A stretch of 64,000 nucleotides of DNA from an uncultured Gemmatimonadales bacterium (lineage in GTDB: Bacteria > Gemmatimonadota > Gemmatimonadetes > Longimicrobiales > Gaopeijiaceae), in assembly GCA_963809895.1 (NCBI GenBank), contig CAWELD010000010.1, forward strand, positions 960,001-1,024,000, given 5' to 3'. The translations under genes were made by a program, and so were the position numbers. The notes under the pieces are model-generated. The model made no database searches, had not been told where the DNA came from, and was given only the letters and a program-made list of their open reading frames with translations. This document shows, piece by piece, positions 29,344 through 39,627 of the stretch. The stretch's first letter is position 1. Each line of letters starts with the position of its first letter.

Positions 29344-30297
29344 TCAGCGCCCGCCAGGGCGCCCGGCAGGGAGCTGGAAGACGTCCACGCGGTTCAGGCC
29401 GATGTAGGGTACCGCCACGCGGCGGCGTCGCGTGTCCACGGCGATGTCCGCGGGCGGCCCCGGCAGGCGAACGAACGGATGGCCCGTACCGCCGACGACC
29501 ACCTGCAGCGTGGAGTCGGCCTGGCTGGCGACCACGAGGGCGCCGTCCACGATCTCCACGCCATCGAAGCGCCCACCCGGGGTGCGCGCCGCGGTCACCA
29601 CGTCCGGGGCACCGGGTCGCCAGGCCCGGATGGAGTCCCCTCCCGCCCACGGCACCAGCACCAGGACGCCGGTGCCCGGGTCCCAGGCGATGCCGTTGGG
29701 GCTTCCGAGCTCGGGTCCTTCCAGCGCAACGGTGGCCGCTCCTCCGGCGATCCGATAGACCCGCGAGCGGCCGGTGTCGGTCACGTAGAGCGCGCCGTCG
29801 CCGGCCACGATCAGATCGTTGATGAATCCGGGTTCGAAGGCGGTGAGATCCACGAAGTCCAGGTGCTCACCGGTGCGCCGGTGGAAGGCGTGCACCCCCG
29901 CGGCGTCGGCCACCCACAGGGTGTCGCGGATGAGCGCCATCCCCCTGGGCTCCTGGAGGGGCGCGGACTCGGGTCCGGTGGCCCATTTGCGCTCCTCGAT
30001 GGCGCCGGTCGCGGCCCCGACCCGGGCGATGTAGCCGTCGTTGGCACCTTCCTCGTCGCTGCTGCCGAAGTTGCTCACGAACCAGACGTCCTGATCCGGG
30101 TCGTACTTGACCGCCTCGGGACCCTCCAATCCCTCCACGCTCATGAGGCGGTCCTCGGGCGACTGAAGCTGGTCCCAGCCGGACCCGTCGCCGGTTTCGG
30201 AATCGGCGTCGGACGTGGGGCCACACGCCGCCGCGGCGAGTGCCGTGACGAGGGCCGCCCCAACGGCGATGCGCGCGCTCCGTGGGTTCACGTCCAC
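29344..30297 (-). CDS. SMP-30/gluconolactonase-like beta-propeller lipoprotein
   Basis: Lipobox AAAC; PEAV, FINDL, LYVTDT, PNGI and FDGVE motifs. Confidence 0.75.
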   Translation of the reverse strand: MDVNPRSARIAVGAALVTALAAAACGPTSDADSETGDGSGWDQLQSPEDRLMSVEGLEGPEAVKYDPDQDVWFVSNFGSSDEEGANDGYIARVGAATGAIEERKWATGPESAPLQEPRGMALIRDTLWVADAAGVHAFHRRTGEHLDFVDLTAFEPGFINDLIVAGDGALYVTDTGRSRVYRIAGGAATVALEGPELGSPNGIAWDPGTGVLVLVPWAGGDSIRAWRPGAPDVVTAARTPGGRFDGVEIVDGALVVASQADSTLQVVVGGTGHPFVRLPGPPADIAVDTRRRRVAVPYIGLNRVDVFQLPAGRPGGR

Positions 30298-30305
30298 CTC
30301 CGGGC

Positions 30306-32819
30306 TCAGGCGCCTGCGGCGGGGTCCAGGATCGCGTCGATGCGCGCGATGACGTCGCCGAGGTGAGCACGGGTGACCCGGTGCTGGATGCGCCGCGAGG
30401 CGGCCCGGGCCTCATCGCGGATCTGCACGAGCTGAGCCCGGGCCAGGGGCCGGATGTCGGATCGGCCCACATCCGGGCCCGATCCTCCGAACGGGCTGGA
30501 GGCGGGCTCCTCGGTCATGAGGGCGGCGATGCGCTCGATGTAGGCGCGCTGAAGCTCTCGGCGGTAGGGATCCACCACCGGCGCCGCCTCGAGCTCGCTC
30601 CAGATGGCGTCGTGAAGGTCGTCGAAGAACTCCGCCAGCTCGTAGGCGTCGTCGCGTTGGAGCACCTCCAGGTCGGTGAGGCGAGCCAGACGCTGCGGTG
30701 CGAGCAGGCTGCTCAGGACCTGCACCTGCCGACTCCCGAGTCGCTGCACGGCCCCCACGGGCCCGATCCGGTCCAGGATCTCCGGGTCGTTCAGCCAGGC
30801 CGGCGTGCGGAACACCTCGTCCCGGAGAAAGCCCATGGCCTCGCGCTGCTTCGCGCGGGGCACGCCGTCGTAGACGACACCCTCCTGTTCCGTGGACTTG
30901 AGGTCCACGTAGGCGCCGCCGACCAGCGACGCCACGTGGTTCACGTAGCGTGTCCATTGTCCCAGCGCCTCTCCGTACAGCTCCTCCAGGTCCGAGTAAT
31001 CCTCACCCTCGGTGGCGGTCCACTCCCGGAGGTTCGGCAGGATGCGGCGGAGATTCTCCATTCCGTACGCGCTGGCCCGGACGGGATCGTCTCCCATGTC
31101 CTCGGTCTGGGCCCGGGGATCGATGGCGGCGGGTCCACCCTGGGGCAGATAGCGGTACATGGGGTCACCGGCATGCTCCAGGATCCAGCCGTTCAGGATG
31201 GGCCGCTCGCCGTCGGCGTCGCCGGTGCGGATGAGGCGATAACCCCAGTTGATGGCGTACAGGTCGTAGGGGCCGATCTTGCGCAGGAAGTCCAGGGGCT
31301 GGAGTCCGTCGCCCGGCTGGGCGATGTAGTTCTGCCGGGCGTAGTCCATGACCGATGGGGCGACCCCCATGCGGCGCGAGAAGTCGGGGCTTCGCAGCGA
31401 GTCCACCGGGTAGGCCGAGCTGCTGATCATGTTGTGGGGCAGGCCCAGGGCGTGGCCGATCTCGTGGGCCACCACCTGGCGCATGGCTTCGCCCATGAGC
31501 TCCATGGGGATGTGGAGGCTACGGGCCTCGGGGTTGGCGGCCCCGGTCTGGACCATGAGCCAGTTCCGGTACGAGCGCAGGTGGTTGTGATACCAGACGA
31601 TGTCGCTCTCGATGATCTCGCCCGTGCGAGGATCCGACGTGCTCGGACCCTGCGCGTTCCGGGTCATGGACGCGGCCCAGCGCACCACCGAGTAGCGCAC
31701 GTCTTCCGGATCCCACTCCGGATCTTCGTCGGGTGACGGGGGATCGCGGGCGAGGATGGCGTTCCGGAATCCCGCTGCCTCGAACGCGCGTTGCCAGTCC
31801 TCGACCCCTTGCTTCACGTAAGGGCGCCACTCGGCGGGCGTGGCCGGGTCGACGTAGTAGACGATGGGCTTCACCGGCTCCACCAGCTCGCCACGCCAGT
31901 ACGCCGCCGAGTCCTTCGGCTCCAGCCGCCAGCGTCGAATGAAGGTCTGGGTGGCGGCCTTCTGCTCGTCCAGGCCGAAGTTCACCCGGTCGACGCTGAA
32001 ATAGCCCAGGCGCGGATCGGCATAGCGGGCGCGCATCGGCTCGGCAGGTAGCAGGACCAGCGACTGGCTCAGGGCCAGCGTGATGGTGTTCGTGTCCTGG
32101 TCCGAGGGCGGTGCGCCGGCGTCGAAGGTCTGCGTATGTCGAACCTCGACGTTCTGTGGATAGGCGCGGATGGCGTCGATGAACGATCGGGCGGCGTCCA
32201 GGCGGCGTACCTGATACTCGCGCCGCATGGCCGACGTGAGACCGGCCAGCGCCGGCGTGTCGCCTGCGAAGAAGTCGGTGACGTCCACCACCGTCGACGC
32301 CGAGTCCGGACCCAATGCCTCGATGTCGAAGGACGCCAGCACCGGAGGCAGGTTGTTCACCACCACCGACCGATGAATGGGCAGCGAGTCGTCGGCCACC
32401 TGCTGGAACGACTGCTTGCGCACCAGGATGCGGTCGCCCTGGCGCTGGAAGCGAATCACCTGCTCGCGGAGACTCACGCCGGCCGGCAGGTAGCCGCTGA
32501 AGCCAGGAGGAACGCCGGCGAGACGCGTGATGAGCAGGATGTCCCGGCCCAGAAGGGAATCGGGGATCTCGAAGTGCCAGCGCTCACCCACCCGGTGCAC
32601 GTGGATCATGCCCGAGTCCGTCACGGCGTCGGCGGTGACGACCTGGCCGAAGGGCTTGGGGCCCTCCTGTGGGCCACGGGCGTCCCGCGATGGCGTCGCC
32701 GGGCCCGCCGCCTGCGGCCGACCGCCGTGGAAGAGGCTACACCCACCCAGGGTCAGGCTGGCCGCAGCGGTCAGGGCGAGCAGCCCCGGGCGCGTCATCC
32801 ATCGACAGACTCTCACCAT
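30306..32819 (-). CDS. Zinc-dependent metalloprotease lipoprotein (EcxA/DUF4953-like)
   Basis: Lipobox LGGC; HEIGHALGLPHN, SVMDY and DPRTGEIIESDI motifs. Confidence 0.9.
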   Translation of the reverse strand: MVRVCRWMTRPGLLALTAAASLTLGGCSLFHGGRPQAAGPATPSRDARGPQEGPKPFGQVVTADAVTDSGMIHVHRVGERWHFEIPDSLLGRDILLITRLAGVPPGFSGYLPAGVSLREQVIRFQRQGDRILVRKQSFQQVADDSLPIHRSVVVNNLPPVLASFDIEALGPDSASTVVDVTDFFAGDTPALAGLTSAMRREYQVRRLDAARSFIDAIRAYPQNVEVRHTQTFDAGAPPSDQDTNTITLALSQSLVLLPAEPMRARYADPRLGYFSVDRVNFGLDEQKAATQTFIRRWRLEPKDSAAYWRGELVEPVKPIVYYVDPATPAEWRPYVKQGVEDWQRAFEAAGFRNAILARDPPSPDEDPEWDPEDVRYSVVRWAASMTRNAQGPSTSDPRTGEIIESDIVWYHNHLRSYRNWLMVQTGAANPEARSLHIPMELMGEAMRQVVAHEIGHALGLPHNMISSSAYPVDSLRSPDFSRRMGVAPSVMDYARQNYIAQPGDGLQPLDFLRKIGPYDLYAINWGYRLIRTGDADGERPILNGWILEHAGDPMYRYLPQGGPAAIDPRAQTEDMGDDPVRASAYGMENLRRILPNLREWTATEGEDYSDLEELYGEALGQWTRYVNHVASLVGGAYVDLKSTEQEGVVYDGVPRAKQREAMGFLRDEVFRTPAWLNDPEILDRIGPVGAVQRLGSRQVQVLSSLLAPQRLARLTDLEVLQRDDAYELAEFFDDLHDAIWSELEAAPVVDPYRRELQRAYIERIAALMTEEPASSPFGGSGPDVGRSDIRPLARAQLVQIRDEARAASRRIQHRVTRAHLGDVIARIDAILDPAAGA

Positions 32820-32826
32820 GAGGTCC

Positions 32827-33357
32827 TCAGCTGCTCCACGGCGGCACCACGCCGTTCGTGCGGGCGTAGGCGATGGACTGTCCGAGATGCTCGTGACAGT
32901 GCGTCTGCATCAGCATGAGAGCGGCTCGCACGTTGGTGTCGCGGCCGAAGACCTTGGCGGCGCGGTCCAGATCCGGGTCCGCGGTGGTGCGGACCACCGA
33001 GATGAGGTGATCGAAGCCTTCGCGGAGCGCTTCGATGACGGCCGGCTTGTCGGTGAGGGTCTCGCCCTGCTGCAACCACGCGGGTGGGCCGCCCTCGGGC
33101 ATGGATGCCCCGATCAGGTTGGTGGGCAGTCCCATGTTCGCGCTGGCGATGTGCATGTACACCTCGCTCACCGAGCGGACCCCGTCTTCGGGCCGCCAGC
33201 CGTAGGTGGAGGCGGGCATCGCTTCGGCCAGGCCCAGGAACTTGTCACGTACCTCCTCCAGGTCCCTGGCCATCTCCTCCTGGAAGGTCTGGGCTGCGGC
33301 GGGCGCGGCGAGGACGAGAAGGGCCAGGGCGGGGGTCCAGACGGGCACTCTACGCAT
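32827..33357 (-). CDS. Secreted DinB-family protein
   Basis: Signal peptide; RSVSEVYMHIA and HCHEHLGQSIAYARTNGVVPPWS motifs. Confidence 0.88.
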   Translation of the reverse strand: MRRVPVWTPALALLVLAAPAAAQTFQEEMARDLEEVRDKFLGLAEAMPASTYGWRPEDGVRSVSEVYMHIASANMGLPTNLIGASMPEGGPPAWLQQGETLTDKPAVIEALREGFDHLISVVRTTADPDLDRAAKVFGRDTNVRAALMLMQTHCHEHLGQSIAYARTNGVVPPWSS

Positions 33358-33494
33358 GGTGGGCCTCCGATGGAGAGAGTCGTGCTGACACGTGGCGAGC
33401 CCCCGGGCACGTCGACTGCGACGCGCCCGGGGCTCGCATGATGGGGAGAGATACGTGTGGCGCGCCACCTCCATGACCGGGGCGAAGGCGCGTC

Positions 33495-36158
33495 TCAATC
33501 CCCCCGCAGCACCTCCACCGGATCGACGCGGCTGGCAGCACGGGCCGGCAGCAGCGTCGCCGCGAACGACGCGGCGCCCAGGAGAGCGGCGACGGCCAGG
33601 AAGGTCACGGGGTCGGTGGGGGCGACGCCGAACAGGAAGGCGTCCAGGAAGCGGGTGAGCAGCAAGGCTCCGGCGAGTCCCAGGACGAGCCCCGGCCCGA
33701 CCAGGCGGGCGCCCTGTGCCAGCACGAGCCGCAGGACATCCCTTCGGGCCGAGCCGAGGGCCATGCGAATTCCGATCTCTCGTTTGCGGCGTCCCACCGT
33801 ATAGGCGACCACCCCGTAGAGGCCGATCACGGCCAGGACCGCGGCGACGCCCGCGAAGATGCCCAGCAGCGCGAGCGCGAAGCGCACGTCGGCGCTCTGC
33901 TGCCTCACGACGTCGGTCACGAATGCCGGCTCCGCCAGGGGGACTTCGGGATCCAGGCTCGCCACGGCCTCACGCAGGGCCGGGATGAGCCGGGTGCCTT
34001 CGAGCGAGCTCTGCACGAGCACGTCGACCTCCCAGTCCACCCAGGACCATCCGCGGCTGTCGAAGTAGATCGCCTCGCTCCCGATGTCGGCGAGGCTCTC
34101 TGCTCTCACGTCCTCTACGACGCCGATGACGCGAAAGGCCTGGGGCGCGCCGCCCCAGGGGCTGGCCATCACCGTCCTTCCCACGGCGGGCTGTCCGGGC
34201 CACGCCCGCTCGGCCAGGCTCCGACTCACCACCGCCACGTTCCGGTCCTGGCCGTCGGCGAAGAGATCGCCGTCCACGACGGGGATGCCCACGGTGGAGA
34301 AGTACGCTTCCGTGGCCAGCACGTAGTCGGCGTAGCGGTGCGTGTCGCCGTCCACGTCTCCGGCCGTGTACTCGCCGGTCCAGGTGGAGCCCGAGAAGGG
34401 CATCGGCCACACCGTGCCGGCGCCCGAGACGCCGGGCAGCTCATCGATCCGACGTTCGAGCGCTCGGTAGAAGCGGTCGGCGTCGTCGGGAAATCCGTAG
34501 CGCGCTCCGGGGATGGTGACGGAAAAGCTGAACATGTCTTCGGTGTCGAATCCCGGGTCGACGCCTCGCATGCGCAGGAGGCTTCCGGTGAGGAGACCCG
34601 CCCCGATGAGCAGGACCAGCGACAGGGCCACCTGCGCCACCACCAGACCGCCGTACATTCCGCGTGCGTGCAGCTGCGGGGCACGGCTGGATCGAAGGTC
34701 GCGGCCCGGCTCCGCGCGCGCGGCCCGCCGGGCCGGCACCAGCCCCACGAACACCGTGACGAGTCCCACCAGCGCCAGACCGAACGCCAGGACGCGGCCG
34801 TCGATACCCACCGTCTCCAGGAACGGCAGGTCGGCGGGTCCGAGCCCTCGGATGACGGCGAGCGAGGTGTGGGCGACCGCGACGCCCGCCGCCGCTCCCA
34901 TGGAGGCCAGCAGCAGGCTCTCGGTGAGCATGAGGCGGCCCACCCGGGTGGTCGAGGAGCCCAGTGCCATGCGCAGCGCCATCTCGGAGCGCCGGCTCTG
35001 TACCCTCGCCAGCAGGAGGTTGGCGACGTTGGCGCAGGCGATGAGGAGCACGAATCCCACGGCTCCGAGCAACAGGAGCAGCGTGCTCCGCACCCCTTTG
35101 ACGACCTGATCGTGCAAAGGCGCGACCGCGATGTGGAGCTCGGCTTCCGCGTACGCCGGAATATCACCGCGGAGTGCGGTCACCAGGGCGTCGGTGGCCG
35201 CCTGGGCCTGGTCGATGGTGACGCCGTCTTGCAGCCGTGCCAGGACCTGCAGGAGGCCGAACGCAGCTCCGTTCTCGTGCCAGACGTCCCCGTTCTGCCA
35301 GAAGGAGTCGGGGTTCTTCCAGAGGTCGGCACGGTCCGCGCTTCCACGGCCGGGGAGGTCCAGCCGAAAGTTCGCCGGCAGGACTCCCACGACGGTGCTC
35401 GGATGGCCGTCGAGACGGACGCTGCGACCGACGACGTCGGGATCGGACCCGAACTGGGCGACCCAGAGGCGGTGGGACAGCACCACGGTTCCCGGGGGAT
35501 CTTCGGGGCCGTAGAGGCGGCCCAGCCGCGGCTCCACCCCGAGCATCTGGAGGAAGCGGGGCGAACTCCAGGCGACCAGCGTCTGCCGCGGGCTCCCCGA
35601 GCCCGTGAGATTCTGTCGGATGAGGGCGATCCCTTCCACCTGAGCGAAGGCGTCGTCGCGGGCTCGGAAGCGATCCAGGAGGCCGCCGGCGAGTTTCGCG
35701 TCGTCCACGCCGTCGCGCCGAAGCTGGCCTTGCAGGTACACGAGGCGGTCCGCACCGGGATAGGGCAGCGGTCGCAGCAGGACCGCGTCGACCACACTGA
35801 AGATCGCAGCGTTGAGTCCGACGCCGAGGGCGAGCGTGGTGACGATCACCACCGACAAGATCGGCGACCGCTTCAGTCCCTGTACGGCGTGTCGAAGATC
35901 GAGAATCCATCCCGTCATCCACCCCTCCCTGGTCGTCGTTCGTCGACTTCGTCCCCGCGGCGGACGCACTCGCAAGCGGTATGCGCCCAGCAGAAGATCC
36001 GCGCTCACGAGACAGGCTTGCCACACACGCGCCAAGCCACCTGGACTTCGCGCCAACTCCGCGGCCGCGTGATCCTGCGCCTCCTCGGCGTGGGTCTCCC
36101 GGAAATCACGTGGGTAGAGGAGCAGGAGAAGACGGACCCAGGTGCGCATGGGCGTCAA
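33495..36158 (-). CDS. ADOP-family duplicated orphan ABC permease (MacB/FtsX-like)
   Basis: LLYPRDFRE prefix; LALGVGLNAAIFSVV, LLIACANVANL, REIGIRMALG and RVDPVEVLR motifs; start overlaps the PadR stop. Confidence 0.92.
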   Translation of the reverse strand: MTPMRTWVRLLLLLYPRDFRETHAEEAQDHAAAELARSPGGLARVWQACLVSADLLLGAYRLRVRPPRGRSRRTTTREGWMTGWILDLRHAVQGLKRSPILSVVIVTTLALGVGLNAAIFSVVDAVLLRPLPYPGADRLVYLQGQLRRDGVDDAKLAGGLLDRFRARDDAFAQVEGIALIRQNLTGSGSPRQTLVAWSSPRFLQMLGVEPRLGRLYGPEDPPGTVVLSHRLWVAQFGSDPDVVGRSVRLDGHPSTVVGVLPANFRLDLPGRGSADRADLWKNPDSFWQNGDVWHENGAAFGLLQVLARLQDGVTIDQAQAATDALVTALRGDIPAYAEAELHIAVAPLHDQVVKGVRSTLLLLLGAVGFVLLIACANVANLLLARVQSRRSEMALRMALGSSTTRVGRLMLTESLLLASMGAAAGVAVAHTSLAVIRGLGPADLPFLETVGIDGRVLAFGLALVGLVTVFVGLVPARRAARAEPGRDLRSSRAPQLHARGMYGGLVVAQVALSLVLLIGAGLLTGSLLRMRGVDPGFDTEDMFSFSVTIPGARYGFPDDADRFYRALERRIDELPGVSGAGTVWPMPFSGSTWTGEYTAGDVDGDTHRYADYVLATEAYFSTVGIPVVDGDLFADGQDRNVAVVSRSLAERAWPGQPAVGRTVMASPWGGAPQAFRVIGVVEDVRAESLADIGSEAIYFDSRGWSWVDWEVDVLVQSSLEGTRLIPALREAVASLDPEVPLAEPAFVTDVVRQQSADVRFALALLGIFAGVAAVLAVIGLYGVVAYTVGRRKREIGIRMALGSARRDVLRLVLAQGARLVGPGLVLGLAGALLLTRFLDAFLFGVAPTDPVTFLAVAALLGAASFAATLLPARAASRVDPVEVLRGD

Positions 36159-36499
36159 TGCTCTCCTTCGGGCAGCAGACGTTCCGCGCGGGCGTAGCGT
36201 ACGATCCCGTCCAGGCGTCGCAGCTCCTCCTGGAGGATCGCACTCCCCTCCGACGTGATGCGGTAGACCCGTTTGCGGGCGTCACCCTCGCTGTCGACCT
36301 CCTGAATCCACTCGTCGGCCTCCATGCGGTGGATGGCCTCGTAGAGGGTGCCCGGACCCAGGTTGAGCGCACCGTCGGTGCGGGCTTCGACATCCTGCTT
36401 GATGCCATATCCGTGAAGGTCCCGCCCTGCGAGTGACAGCAGGATGTGCAGGGCGGCGGGCGTCAGGAGGTCCCTGGGGCTGCGAGGTGAGGAAGCCAT
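36155..36499 (-). CDS. PadR-family regulator
   Basis: LHILLSL, HGYGI, GPGTLYEAIHRM and RKRVYRIT motifs. Confidence 0.92.
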   Translation of the reverse strand: MASSPRSPRDLLTPAALHILLSLAGRDLHGYGIKQDVEARTDGALNLGPGTLYEAIHRMEADEWIQEVDSEGDARKRVYRITSEGSAILQEELRRLDGIVRYARAERLLPEGEH

Positions 36500-36505
36500 G
36501 ATAGG

Positions 36506-36606
36506 TATCGGTGAGTGATATATCGGTCACCGACTATACGGCGTGCCGCCCGTGCGAGCAAGACTCTTGTCAACTGCGGTGATCATCGATATAGTGGCGA
36601 GCGACG
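36506..36606. promoter_or_regulatory. Tandem 15-bp palindromic candidate PadR operators in the divergent promoter
   Basis: TATCG-GTGAG-TGATA (36506-36520) and TATCG-GTCAC-CGACT (36521-36535); weaker pair at 36577-36606. Confidence 0.55.
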
Positions 36607-36631
36607 TAGTTGCGACCCTCGGAGGCTCGTC

Positions 36632-36985
36632 ATGCCCGATTCCAATGAACCGAACCTGCCCCTGACCCCGCTCACGCATGCCGTCCTGGTGGCGTTGGGT
36701 GGTGGAGAGCACCACGGGTACGCATTGCTGGAGGAGATCGCGGACGTCACGGACGGGGCGGTGCGCCCGGGGACAGGGACACTCTACGCTGCACTCCGGC
36801 GCCTTCAGGACGAGGGGCTCATCGAGGATTCGGGGCGGGAGCCCGAGCCCGGAGAGGACAGCCGGCGTCGCTACTACCGACTCACACGGCTCGGGCGTCG
36901 GACGGCCCGTGCCGAGAGCATGCGACTCAGCCGGTTGGTGGACGTGGCGCGTCGACGGAATCTCCTGCCGGAGAGCACACCGTGA
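36632..36985 (+). CDS. PadR-family regulator
   Basis: GGAGG RBS; HGYALL, GTGTLYAALRRL and RRRYYRLT motifs. Confidence 0.92.
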   Translation: MPDSNEPNLPLTPLTHAVLVALGGGEHHGYALLEEIADVTDGAVRPGTGTLYAALRRLQDEGLIEDSGREPEPGEDSRRRYYRLTRLGRRTARAESMRLSRLVDVARRRNLLPESTP

Positions 36986-39618
36986 TCTCGCGAATCGTGC
37001 GGGCCCTCCACGGTGGCCTGCTGCGCTTGCTGCCCGGTGCCTTGCACCCCCACAGAGGGGAGATGGCCGCCGCCTTCGACGAGATGGAGCGCGCGGCACG
37101 GGCGCGCCACGGTGCCCTGGGATCCGTGATCGTGCTCCTGAGAGACGGATGGGACCTGCTGGTGACCTCGGTGACGGCGCGTGCGCGTGCGTGGCGTGGA
37201 TCGTCGGGGTCGCCACGCGTGGCCGCCGCCGCCAGATCGGTGGCCCGACGGCCGGGGCTCGCCCTGGCCGTCGCGAGCGTGGCCGCGGTCAGCGTCGCCG
37301 GAGCCACGGTGGTCTTCACCCTGGCCGACGGCGTTCTGCTGAGGCCGCTCCCGTATCCGGAGCCCGGGCGGCTGGTCAACGTCTTCCAGACCAATCCGGA
37401 GCTGGGCTGGGAGAGGGGGCCCGTGTCGCTGCCCAACTTCGACGATTGGCGCCGGCAGGCCGACGTCTTCGAGGACATGGGCGCCGTGCAGATGGGCCTG
37501 CGCGAAATCGTGAGCCGTGAGGACGGCTCGCGGGTGGTGCTGGGATCCCGCGTCACCGGGGGATTCTTCGCGACCCTGGGCGTGGCTCCGGTGCTGGGCC
37601 GGACCCTGGACGACGACGACATGCGTCCCGGCGCTCCGGCGGTCGCGGTGCTCGGCCACCACATGTGGCAGGACTTGTTCGGGGGCGATCCGGGCCTGGT
37701 CGGGCGCGCGGTGGAGCTCGGGGGCGTGCCGACGCGGGTCGTGGGGGTCATGCCGGCGAGCTTCCCGCCGCTCTTCGGCGGCGAGGAGTTCTGGGTCCCT
37801 CTGCGCCAAGATCCGGCGGAGGCCGATCGCGGAACCAACTTCCTCACCGTCTTCGGACGCCTGAAGCCAGGAGCCACGGTGGCCGAGGCCGGTGCGTACA
37901 TGGCGGCGCTGTCGGACCGCATCACCCGTGTCACACCGGAGGGGAACGAGGGGCGCGAGGTCCGCGTGGAGGCGCGGGACGCGGTGGTGCGGGGCAGCCT
38001 TCGGACGCCGTTCTTCCTGCTGCTCGCCTCGGGGCTGCTTCTGCTGGTGGTCGCGGCGGCGAACCTCGCGGCGCTTCATCTCGTGCGCGGTGTGCGCCGC
38101 CGCACGGAGCTGTCGATCCGAACCGCCCTGGGCGCGGGGAGCCGTGACCTGTCGGCCTATCTGACAGCCGAGTGGACGCTGCTGTGTGCGCTGGGGACCG
38201 TGGCGGCGATTCCACTGGCGCACGTGGCGCTGGCGGGCGTGATCTCCCTGACACCCCCGAGGATTCCCGGTCTCGACGCGGTCGCCCTGAACGGACGGGC
38301 GTTGGCGTTCGCGCTGGGCGCGGGAGGGCTCCTCATGGTGGTCTCGGGCTGGATTCCCGCGCGCCGGATCATGCGTTCCGCGGGGCGCGGGGTGGGCGTG
38401 GGATCGACGCTTCGCCAGGGGCCGGTGGCAGCCACGAGGCCGCAACGCCTGCTCATGGTGTTCCAGGTGGCCGTCGCCGTGGTCCTGATGGTCGGCACGG
38501 CCCTGCTCACCGGCTCCGCCCGCCGGCTGGCCGGCGCAGAGCGGGGCTTCGACAGTCGGGGCGTCCTGACGTTCCAGGTCGTGCCCCCGTCGGATGCCTA
38601 CGGAGATCCCGAGGAGCTCGACGACTTCTACACGCGCCTGTTGGCGGCGCTGCGCACCGTGCCGGGAGTGAGCCACGCCGGCGCGACCTGGGCCCTTCCG
38701 CTGGGCACCGCCTTCGGATCGACCCGCTACGGCTCGGATGGACTCCCCGAGGGTGAGGACGTGCTCGTCCAGATGGTCCCCGAGCGCGGTGACTATCTCG
38801 CCGCCCTCGGCATTCCGCTGCTCCGGGGGCGGGCGCTCACCGACGCCGACGGCCGCGACGGGCAGTTGGTGGCCATGGTGAACGAATCACTGGCGCGCCG
38901 GCTCTGGCCCGACGGAGAAGCCGTGGGTCACGAGCTGCGGAAGGGCAGCGGGGAAGACGCCACACGCATTCCAGTGGTCGGCGTGGTGGCGGACGTGGTC
39001 ATGCAGTCGCTGGGCGAGAGTCCGTCGCTGCAGGCGTTCTTTCCCCACTCGGCCGTACCCTGGGCTCGGGAACTCTACGTGGCGCTGCGCAGCGAGGGCG
39101 ATCCCCTGGCTCTCGTGCCGACGGTCCGGGCCGCGGTGGGTCGTGTGGACGAGCGTGTCGGCATCGCCGGCATCACCACCATGAGCGGGCGGGTGGACGC
39201 CCAGCTCGCGGGCCCGAGGTTCCGTGCCTATCTGGCGGCGGGATTCGGAGGACTCGCGGCCGTGCTCGTGGTGGCCGGACTCTTCGGTCTCACGGCGTTC
39301 ACGGTAGCCGCGCGCACCCGGGAGATCGGCGTGCGCATGGCGTTGGGTGCCCGCCGACCGGGAGTGGTGCTCGCCGTGCTACGCGACGGCCTGGCCATGA
39401 CGGGCCTGGGGGTCGTGATGGGCCTCCTGCTGGCACGGAGCGCGGCGGGGCTCGTCAGCGGCCTTCTGTTCGGCGTCACTGTCGGAGAGCCGGGGATCTA
39501 CGCCGGGGTGGCAGTGGGCGTGCTGCTCGTGACGACCCTCGCCTGCGGGGCCCCGGCGTATCGCGCGAGCCGGGTGCCCCCCACGGAGGCCCTCAGGGAT
39601 CGAGGCGCGGTGACCTGA
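36982..39618 (+). CDS. ADOP-family duplicated orphan ABC permease
   Basis: LLRPLPYPEPGRLV, AANLA, RTREIGVRMALGA motifs; GTGA overlap with padR. Confidence 0.9.
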   Translation: MISRIVRALHGGLLRLLPGALHPHRGEMAAAFDEMERAARARHGALGSVIVLLRDGWDLLVTSVTARARAWRGSSGSPRVAAAARSVARRPGLALAVASVAAVSVAGATVVFTLADGVLLRPLPYPEPGRLVNVFQTNPELGWERGPVSLPNFDDWRRQADVFEDMGAVQMGLREIVSREDGSRVVLGSRVTGGFFATLGVAPVLGRTLDDDDMRPGAPAVAVLGHHMWQDLFGGDPGLVGRAVELGGVPTRVVGVMPASFPPLFGGEEFWVPLRQDPAEADRGTNFLTVFGRLKPGATVAEAGAYMAALSDRITRVTPEGNEGREVRVEARDAVVRGSLRTPFFLLLASGLLLLVVAAANLAALHLVRGVRRRTELSIRTALGAGSRDLSAYLTAEWTLLCALGTVAAIPLAHVALAGVISLTPPRIPGLDAVALNGRALAFALGAGGLLMVVSGWIPARRIMRSAGRGVGVGSTLRQGPVAATRPQRLLMVFQVAVAVVLMVGTALLTGSARRLAGAERGFDSRGVLTFQVVPPSDAYGDPEELDDFYTRLLAALRTVPGVSHAGATWALPLGTAFGSTRYGSDGLPEGEDVLVQMVPERGDYLAALGIPLLRGRALTDADGRDGQLVAMVNESLARRLWPDGEAVGHELRKGSGEDATRIPVVGVVADVVMQSLGESPSLQAFFPHSAVPWARELYVALRSEGDPLALVPTVRAAVGRVDERVGIAGITTMSGRVDAQLAGPRFRAYLAAGFGGLAAVLVVAGLFGLTAFTVAARTREIGVRMALGARRPGVVLAVLRDGLAMTGLGVVMGLLLARSAAGLVSGLLFGVTVGEPGIYAGVAVGVLLVTTLACGAPAYRASRVPPTEALRDRGAVT

Positions 39619-39627
39619 CCGCGCCCT

